A DNA stretch of 13,525 nt from a virus (Duplodnaviria > Heunggongvirae > Uroviricota > Caudoviricetes): IMG/VR virus record IMGVR_UViG_2937142334_000003; one strand, written 5' to 3'. The translations under genes were made by a program, and so were the position numbers. How positions within the stretch are numbered: the stretch's first letter is position 1; each line of letters opens with the position of its first letter. This document shows positions 7,080 through 13,525 of the stretch, one piece after another. Below the pieces are notes generated by a model. It searched no databases and had not been told where the DNA came from. It was given only the letters and a program-made list of their open reading frames with translations.

Positions 7080-7153
7080 CAACTCAATTTTAGCCTTCTC
7101 CGATTTAGCCCTCTTTCACATAATGTGTTTCCACATTAACAGGCAACAAATTT

Positions 7154-9286
7154 ACCTATGCCTCTGCGAATTACATCCGCCCTTCCTGCGCTATACCCAC
7201 AAAAATCAACTAAGAAATTCAAAATCTGCTCTTGATAAACAAGATTTCCAAGGGTTGGTGCTAAGAACTTGTTTAGTGCTGAATGACCATTATCTTTAAA
7301 TCGTCCATGAGTAACCGCATCAACATAACTTGAACCTGCTGGGCGTTGAGCAGCATTAACCAAGCTTAACAAGTCCATATACTTAACACCTTTACCAGCT
7401 TCATTAGAACGAATATTCCGAATAGTTTCTGGAGATAACATATCACTCAGTAATTTACCAGCACGATCACCTTCCATTTGGAATACACCAATGTTGTTTT
7501 CTCTCATTGAATTCCATACGGCTTCGTCTTCAAAATCAATAAAATCACTATCTGGTGTGGGGAATGGAATCCCTGCTAATTCAGCGGTACGTGAGATTAG
7601 CCCTATATTATCTAGTCCTAACACGTCATACTTAATATTCTTTAAATATTCGATTTCTCCCATGTCTATCTGGGTTACTGGATAATCCCAGCCAGAAATA
7701 GTCTGTATTCCAAGCGTATCGTCAATGGTATTTGTATCAATAATTATACCTGCGGCATGGCGCCCAAACGAATCGATTACACCAACTACCTTTTTAGCGT
7801 CATCAATCAATTGTTGATGTTCTTCATACACTTCGGTTGGGACAACACCATCATCACCAATCTGATTGCGAATCGATTGAATATATGCTGGTTTACCAGC
7901 ATAACGATCCATACCATCCGCGACTGCTTTAATGGCAGCTTTTAGTCCATAGGTGTTAGCGGTCATAATTGACGCGGCGTGCCATTTAGGATTAGTTAGA
8001 ATCCATTGTTGCACCCACTTTTGGTCCTTGCTAAATGCGTCTACATCAATATCGGGAAGGCTAACACGTTCTGGGTTCATAAATCGTTCAAAATTCAATC
8101 CCAATTTTAGTGAATCCATCTCTGTTTGACCACATAGATAGGCAATCAAAGATCCACCAACACTACCACGTCCAGGGCCAAAATGAATACCATGCTCTTT
8201 AGCCGCATTGATAATATCTTGGTGTGATAACATGTAATCAATCGCACCATTATGCTTATAGACACTATATTCATGATTAACACGATTAATATACGCTTGG
8301 CGTTCATCTGTAGGGAGCTTATCTATACCTCGTTTTAGTAGTCCGTTTTTAATTCTTTTTTGAAATTCTTGTTCTGGATTATCATATAATTGAGGATACT
8401 TAGGATTTCTGTCTAATTCGAAATTCTCAACGGAATTAGCAATATCAACAGTGGCGTCCAATGCCTTTTGGATGCTCTCTTGTGTTAATACTCCCTGTTT
8501 GTTGAATTCATCAACCATCTCAGAACGAGTCTTACACCACAACTCGAATTGGTCATCATTGTCATAACCATTTCGCTTGCCCTTCTTAATAATCTTGCGC
8601 AAACGATCATGGTCCTGATCCAAAGCATGAATGTCGTTAGAGGCAATAAGTTGTAGATTATACTGATTAGCATAATCTTGTAAAACACTGTTTAATTCTG
8701 CTTGTTCCACGTTGTCATGAGGTTGGACCTCAAGATAGACATTATCACGATTATTTCGAGCTAAGTCTATCCATTGTTGTAACACATTATTACGATTTCT
8801 TTTCTCTTCATCGCTCACGTCAGAAGAAACTAGGTTTTGAGCAATTGGTCCAGCAAGACAAGCAGTTGTTATAATAATATTTCCGTTTGAGACAACTCGT
8901 TGAAGCTCTTCAAAAGTGATTCTTCCGTGGTAATAAAAGTGTCCATCTTCACGATTAAATGACTTTGAAGACAGTCGATTAATCTCCTTAACGCCATCAT
9001 AATTTTTGGCAATCAAAATAGTATGATATCCACGATTTTTATCTTCTAAATCCATCGTAGTATAGCCTTCCATGCCATGAATGTACTTTAACCCTGTTGA
9101 TTCAATGTCTCGTTTCCTTTGAACCCATCCGCTGATATTTCCGTGATTGGTAATACATACCGCTGGTAAATTATATTTCTTTGCATATTTGATATAATCC
9201 TTAGTACTCGTCACAATTTCAAAATACCCACCAGCATTCGAAAAATAATCGTGTTGATGTAATGATATCCAATAATTGTAGCTCAT
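7154..9286 (-). CDS. dnaE: DNA polymerase III alpha subunit, exon 1 (711 aa: PHP, palm, thumb, part of fingers)
   Basis: HQH, TNHG, GPGRGS, FERFMNPER..PDIDVD, HAAG, KYDVLGL, GVFQME, VYQEQ, RRGIG. The unspliced frame runs 5 codons into the intron and stops (TAA 7138-7136). Confidence 0.95.
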
Positions 9287-9334
9287 TTAATTACCCCTTA
9301 ACTTATGCCGCAATCTTATTATTCGTGTGTTCTT

Positions 9335-10525
9335 CTAAGCAAATAACTCTTTCATAAGTGTTTCGTCACTTCGTTCCTTATTGTCAGATTTAAATAAATC
9401 CAGAATATTATTACCCTTATCTTCAATCTTAAATTTCGGCTGTGTTTCGCAAATCAATGTCTTCTCTTGCTCCAAAAACTTATCAGATGTATGATATGCG
9501 CATAATTTTTTATCATAATAATCATCTGGATTATAATGATGATTCACATCAGCAAAACTATCTTGCGCATCTGGTGATAATTGTTCTAACTCAATGATTT
9601 CATCACATTGTTTTTCAATCTTTTCCAATAAAGCATTGCAGTCTTTTTCATTAATATCTAACTCAATGTAATAGTTAGTCACATAAAATTGGTCTTGAAC
9701 TTCTTTGGGAAGGCTATCCATATTATTCGCAAGTGAAGCAATTTGAATCAATTTTCTTGCTTCTTCTTTATCTATACCTAATTTCTTTAACTTGGTTTCC
9801 AATTTCTTTTGCATTTTTAGAACCCAAATCGAACGTTCTTGCACACTGGTATTCCATTTACCATTTTCTTGCTTATAATGGACAGTTACATATTTCATCA
9901 TGTCAAAGCGTGCTTTGATTTTTTCATAAGGAATGTTTTCCTGTTGGTGAATACCAATGGAATATAGCATTAATTGCATAGACTTTTCTGGCAATTTTGA
10001 TTTAGAGAAACTAGATTTACTAGAAGACTTATAATCTACTAAAACTACATTACCCTCTTTGTCGATGTATTCAGTATCGATATATCCGACAAATACATAA
10101 TGAGGCTTCTCTTTTGTCCCACCAACCTTAGTCATAACGGGCAATTCTGTATGAAATTTACTTCCTTCCGGAATATTTGTATGAGTAAAGTAATGACCGA
10201 GATTTCCAATATAACCTTGTTTAATCTTCTCGGTGTCAAATCTTAAGCCATCGGGGTCATTTTCCCAACGTTTTACGAAGTTATCCCATAAGGATTTAGC
10301 TGAAGTTAAATCAAATTCTTTTTTAGTTAGCCCTTCGGTAATATCATGAACCTCACTACCAAAAATCGTGTAAACATTATCTATTCGTGGCACATCATGA
10401 CGGAGGTATAAATGCACATATTCCTGAATACAATTGTGAAATGTTTGAAGCCTACTAAAGCTCCAAATTCTATCTACGCCGTATTTCTTTTCTAAAGCTT
10501 TTCTTTGTTCTTTACTTAATCTCAA
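9335..10525 (-). CDS. PD-(D/E)XK nuclease, RecB/AddB/Cas4-like exonuclease family
   Basis: WSFSRLQTFHNC, FGSEVHD, FVGYID, VDYKS and QLMLY motifs. Likely TTG start at 10525 (SD GGAGG; TTGA overlap with the primase stop) rather than 10561. Confidence 0.85.
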   Translation of the reverse strand: MRLSKEQRKALEKKYGVDRIWSFSRLQTFHNCIQEYVHLYLRHDVPRIDNVYTIFGSEVHDITEGLTKKEFDLTSAKSLWDNFVKRWENDPDGLRFDTEKIKQGYIGNLGHYFTHTNIPEGSKFHTELPVMTKVGGTKEKPHYVFVGYIDTEYIDKEGNVVLVDYKSSSKSSFSKSKLPEKSMQLMLYSIGIHQQENIPYEKIKARFDMMKYVTVHYKQENGKWNTSVQERSIWVLKMQKKLETKLKKLGIDKEEARKLIQIASLANNMDSLPKEVQDQFYVTNYYIELDINEKDCNALLEKIEKQCDEIIELEQLSPDAQDSFADVNHHYNPDDYYDKKLCAYHTSDKFLEQEKTLICETQPKFKIEDKGNNILDLFKSDNKERSDETLMKELFA

Positions 10526-11571
10526 CTGACAACTTTCCTCCATTTCAATAAGTGATCCCAAATCACTTTGCCCTTATCTATTGGCGAGTCTTTTTCACCT
10601 AAAATATTGTAACTATCAAATATATAACTTGTTTTGCGGAACGGAGAGAACTTCTTAGCTTGACTCAAAATATATTCTTCTCCCTCTTTCTCCTTAGTCA
10701 TTACGTCATGATCAAATGCAATAATTACTTCCCCATCGACAGGTAACTTGCGTAAAATAAAATCAATTTGCTGTTCGCTGATTGAGTGTCCACCCAAGGC
10801 AACTGACACCCCATCTCCTCGGCTCAAAGTAAACTCCTTTAATACTGACTTTTCAGCCTCAAATAAGATTATCCGTTTATGATCATTAATATTTTGACAA
10901 GACTGATTATATCCATACAGATTTAATAGCTTGTAATAATCCTTAATGTAATTCAGATACTTTGGTGTCCCTGTTATTTCAAGTTCGGCTTTAGACATAG
11001 TTGATCGCCCTTGAATACCCACAACTTTGTCAAATTCATTCCAGTCATAATGTGGGAAAACAACTCGATCTAAGTGTGGATCGTACATAACATCAAAACG
11101 CCTAGCAATATCCGGGGAAATACCTTCTTCAATTACCGATGCATGAATTCCGTTGACAAATTTATTTAAAACCCCTTTGTCGTATAACTTATTATTTGTT
11201 ATCCGACGATGTTGAGTATTAGAGTTTTTCGACAACTTCTTTAATGTCACCAATGGATCAAATGAGTTGGCAGCATGCTTGCTGGATAACCCCAATAAGC
11301 TATGGATATAGCTCATCACTTCATAAAATTGCTTTTCAAGAACAACGCCTAGGGCTCCAAAGATATCCCCGGAATACCCCAATTCAAATAGCGATGTATT
11401 TAATGAATTATTTAGTTTAATCATGACACCCGTAGGATTAGTGTAGTTAGGCAAGGCGCACCTAATTTCTTCGGCTCGCTCCCGGAAATCATGAAATCCA
11501 GCATTGCGTAAAATTATGTAAAGTCTTTCTGTATCAGCTAGTATGTATTCCTTTAATTCCTTTGCCTGCAA
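10522..11571 (-). CDS. DnaG-like TOPRIM DNA primase
   Basis: RVVFP, VGIQGR, KYLN, LYG, FEAEKS (catalytic E), ALGG, AFDHD (DxD). Likely TTG start at 11571 behind SD AAAGGGG (the track starts at GTG 11589). Confidence 0.88.
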   Translation of the reverse strand: MQAKELKEYILADTERLYIILRNAGFHDFRERAEEIRCALPNYTNPTGVMIKLNNSLNTSLFELGYSGDIFGALGVVLEKQFYEVMSYIHSLLGLSSKHAANSFDPLVTLKKLSKNSNTQHRRITNNKLYDKGVLNKFVNGIHASVIEEGISPDIARRFDVMYDPHLDRVVFPHYDWNEFDKVVGIQGRSTMSKAELEITGTPKYLNYIKDYYKLLNLYGYNQSCQNINDHKRIILFEAEKSVLKEFTLSRGDGVSVALGGHSISEQQIDFILRKLPVDGEVIIAFDHDVMTKEKEGEEYILSQAKKFSPFRKTSYIFDSYNILGEKDSPIDKGKVIWDHLLKWRKVVS

Positions 11572-11596
11572 GCTTCTAACCCCTTTCACTTGCGTT

Positions 11597-11647
11597 ACTA
11601 TATCAAAAACGGCATAGGCGAGTCACAGAATTGCATCTGTTGGTAAC
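11597..11647 (-). promoter_or_regulatory. Predicted promoter (copy B) for the primase-nuclease-dnaE operon
   Basis: Minus strand GTGACT-N18-TATAGT with extended -10 TG; carries the same 34-nt box as copy A. Confidence 0.7.
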
Positions 11648-11671
11648 AATTTTTTGTTTAATTTTTCAAGC

Positions 11672-11704
11672 AAAAAAACGCCCAGAATTTCTTCTGAGCG
11701 TTTT
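11672..11704 (-). terminator. Rho-independent terminator after the endolysin
   Basis: ACGCUCAGAA-GAAA-UUCUGGGCGU stem followed by a U-tract. Confidence 0.85.
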
Positions 11705-11733
11705 ATAAAACTAAGATTTTACAAACTAATATG

Positions 11734-13029
11734 TTATGCAGCGATTCTTTGGCCGACCCAGATATAGTTAGCGTTTCGAATTCCGTTTACTGCTTGTAAA
11801 TGAGATACAGTAGTTCCGAGCTGTGCAGCAATTCCGCTTAGCGTTTCACCATATTTAACATAATGAACTTTTTGAGTTGCTTGTGCGTTACCACTCACCT
11901 TTAAACGTTGCCCAGGGTAAATAACTGAGTTAATGCTTAATCCATTATTAGCAGCAAGTGTGTACATATTCATTCCATATTTGTTTGCAATGGACCAAAA
12001 TGAATCGCCGTAGCGTACTGTGTAATATTGTGCACTAGGTTGAGCTGGCTTTGGTTGTGCGGGGGTGGTGTTAACCTTGTTTGAAACAGATTGACCATCT
12101 CCTTTATCAGCAACACGAATAACTTGACCTGGGTGAATTACATCATTGATGGTCTTGCCATTCAGTTGTGCTAAAGCGTTCATTTCCATGCCATAACGAT
12201 TTGCTATTGCCCACCAGCTATCACCAGATCTCACGGTGTAGTTATGAGTATCTTTATGAATTTGCTTACCTTGTTCCGTTGCAGGAGTTTCGGTCTTTGG
12301 CTTTTGTGAATTCCCATTGACGTAACCATTATCGGTAATACCAGTAAGGTCAACGTTACCGTCAAGACCTCCAGCCACATATGTGCTAGTGAATTGGAAT
12401 ATACCAATATTATCCCATGATGGGAAATAGTTATAGTTTGGATAACGCCGTACAGAATAATCTGGATATTGAGCCATCCAAAGTGGGTACCTATCGGAAA
12501 TAGCTTTTAAATTAGTGTTATTTTGAAGATAGTTCTTGTATCCATAAACTACTGCGGTATGCCCCGACTGTTCGATTTTTTCACAAGCATAAAGAATAAC
12601 ATCAGTATTCTGTGCTCCTGATTCTACATCTAAAGCTACAATCGAACCTTTATTTCCATTTGCTCCCTTAGGCGTCTGGACTTTAGGTAAGAAATAATTC
12701 AATACATGATCGGCTTTTGCATACGTAGTAACGTTTTGCCACCAAATATAAGTGTGCGCGCGTTGACCTCTAGCTATTGCCGTTGAAGTTTGAGTGGGGT
12801 ACGTCCATTGTTCATAGACGTTCCAACCATTTGTGGTCCCCCCGATTTGATTGATGACGAATTTTTCATCGCCATATCCTTGCTTCCCATAAGTACCTTG
12901 ATAGACTGACTGATCTATTCCTCTGTCGCCCTTGGCGGCAGATACATTCGTTGCACCACCGAAAATCGGTGTTAACAGAACCATCAGCCCAGTTGTCAGT
13001 AACACTTTTTTAAAGAATTTATTAAGCAA
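11734..13029 (-). CDS. Endolysin: signal peptide + GH25 muramidase + 3 LysM domains
   Basis: Sec-type signal peptide ending VSA. GH25 motifs GIDQSVYQG, ALDVE (DxE), FQFTS, GGLDGN. Three LysM repeats (YTVRSGDS, YTVRYGDS, YVKYGET). TTG start with SD GAGGGG. Confidence 0.95.
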   Translation of the reverse strand: MLNKFFKKVLLTTGLMVLLTPIFGGATNVSAAKGDRGIDQSVYQGTYGKQGYGDEKFVINQIGGTTNGWNVYEQWTYPTQTSTAIARGQRAHTYIWWQNVTTYAKADHVLNYFLPKVQTPKGANGNKGSIVALDVESGAQNTDVILYACEKIEQSGHTAVVYGYKNYLQNNTNLKAISDRYPLWMAQYPDYSVRRYPNYNYFPSWDNIGIFQFTSTYVAGGLDGNVDLTGITDNGYVNGNSQKPKTETPATEQGKQIHKDTHNYTVRSGDSWWAIANRYGMEMNALAQLNGKTINDVIHPGQVIRVADKGDGQSVSNKVNTTPAQPKPAQPSAQYYTVRYGDSFWSIANKYGMNMYTLAANNGLSINSVIYPGQRLKVSGNAQATQKVHYVKYGETLSGIAAQLGTTVSHLQAVNGIRNANYIWVGQRIAA

Positions 13030-13074
13030 ATTAATTGCCCCTCTCGGTTAATAATTTGCCTCCTTAATAAATTC
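13015..13074 (-). repeat. Perfect 12-bp inverted repeat bracketing the endolysin SD and start codon
   Basis: RNA GAAUUUAUUAAG (13074-13063) pairs with CUUAAUAAAUUC (13026-13015, codons 2-5 of the lysin). Confidence 0.7.
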
Positions 13075-13093
13075 CTCCTTAAGTCAAATTTTG

Positions 13094-13525
13094 CTAGACT
13101 ACAATATCGCCTATTAAGAGGTCGATTTTATTTTGAATAAGCCTTCCTATATCATCTCCAGTTACAGTATACGGAATGCGTAATAAATTTATATTATGAT
13201 CCTCACAATATTTGTTTTTAATCGCATCGTGTCTACTATTGCGTCTAAAACTTTCAATGCCACCAAAGAACTCTACTGGTTGATAGTGCTGCATTCCGTC
13301 ATATTCTATGATGAGGTTGACAGATGGAATATAAAAGTCAAATGGGAGAGAGTGTTTATCTTTGCAGCCTGGGAATTTCTTTTGCGGAATGTAAAAATAC
13401 CCGTTTCTCTTCAACCAATTCTCAATCGACAATTCTCCATGCGAACTTCGACATCTTGGGCATCGCTTGTCCGATAAAAAGGAATATGGTTTAATCTCCC
13501 AAATATTTCCGCACTTATTATGTCT
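13094..13525 (-). CDS. Partial (5'-truncated by the window edge) Zn-ribbon + EDxHD/Vsr-like PD-(D/E)XK putative homing endonuclease
   Basis: The frame is open to the edge: RHNKCGNIWEIKPYSFLSDKRCPRCRSSHGELSIENWL.... Nuclease core PFDFYIP..IIEYDGMQHY...RHDAIKNKYC..NINLLRIPY. Confidence 0.8.
   Translation of the reverse strand, partial: RHNKCGNIWEIKPYSFLSDKRCPRCRSSHGELSIENWLKRNGYFYIPQKKFPGCKDKHSLPFDFYIPSVNLIIEYDGMQHYQPVEFFGGIESFRRNSRHDAIKNKYCEDHNINLLRIPYTVTGDDIGRLIQNKIDLLIGDIVV

Larger units (their letters stand above)
5819..7153 (-). mobile_element. Group I self-splicing intron (IA-like, with P7.1 extension), 1335 nt, interrupting dnaE
   Basis: P1: exon AUAGGU (7159-7154) / GCCUGU (7144-7139) with U.G at the splice site. 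P2: UAAUGUG-GAAA-CACAUUA (7138-7121). P3: GAGGGCU (7113-7107) / AGUCCUC (5987-5981). P4: UCGGAG (7103-7098) / UUCCGA (6075-6070). P5 extension: 20 bp (7089-7070 / 6102-6083). P7: ACGCAUA (6035-6029) / UAUGCU (5908-5903) with bulged C. Branched P8 and P9 hairpins. Terminal G at 5819. P10: UUUGU / 3' exon ACAAA. Confidence 0.93.
1..13525 (-). other. Bacteriophage genome segment (lysis + DNA replication + accessory modules), probably a Lactobacillus-type Firmicutes phage
   Basis: Co-oriented, tightly packed genes: endolysin, primase, nuclease, DnaE, ATP-dependent ligase, homing endonucleases and many small hypothetical ORFs. Firmicutes-type strong SD sequences. Host genus is inferred from the lysin style only. 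Confidence 0.9.

Noticed and set aside
6113-8688. Alternative-frame or antisense ORFs 6113-6364, 7491-7685, 7757-7945 and 8485-8688
   Set aside because: Nested inside well-supported genes, short, and without recognisable features.
4625-9286. Naturally split DnaE, split intein or pseudogene explanation for the two dnaE ORFs
   Set aside because: No intein motifs (no N-terminal C/S block or C-terminal HN), no SD before the ATG at 5800, and a complete group I core with in-frame splice junctions explains the gap.
9733-9918. Plus-strand 61-aa ORF
   Set aside because: Antisense shadow of the nuclease.
9335-10525. Cas4 / CRISPR system
   Set aside because: No repeats or other cas genes are present; solo Cas4-like nucleases are common in phage replication modules.
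13196-13477. Plus-strand 93-aa ORF
   Set aside because: Antisense to the motif-bearing endonuclease.

Overview
A 13.5-kb segment of a low-GC Firmicutes bacteriophage, probably a Lactobacillus-type phage (inferred from the GH25+LysM lysin). All real genes lie on the minus strand. In transcription order (right to left): a partial Zn-ribbon/EDxHD-type endonuclease, a signal-peptide endolysin, a terminator and promoter, TOPRIM primase, PD-(D/E)XK (RecB/AddB/Cas4-like) nuclease, DNA polymerase III alpha (dnaE), an orphan protein with a very acidic C-terminus, ATP-dependent DNA ligase, a second copy of the same promoter motif, a DUF1064-like nuclease and a run of small accessory ORFs. Main finding: dnaE appears as two ORFs in the track but is one gene interrupted by a 1335-nt group I intron (5819-7153). 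P1, P2, P3, P4, P5, P7, P8, P9, P10 and the terminal G can all be paired by eye. Predicted splicing restores a 1108-aa DnaE (...RRGIG|HKIKSVMDEE...). The intron's P5 loop carries a double-motif LAGLIDADG endonuclease with two N-terminal HTH repeats. Three genes (intron endonuclease, endolysin, acidic orphan) have stems that would cover their translation start regions.
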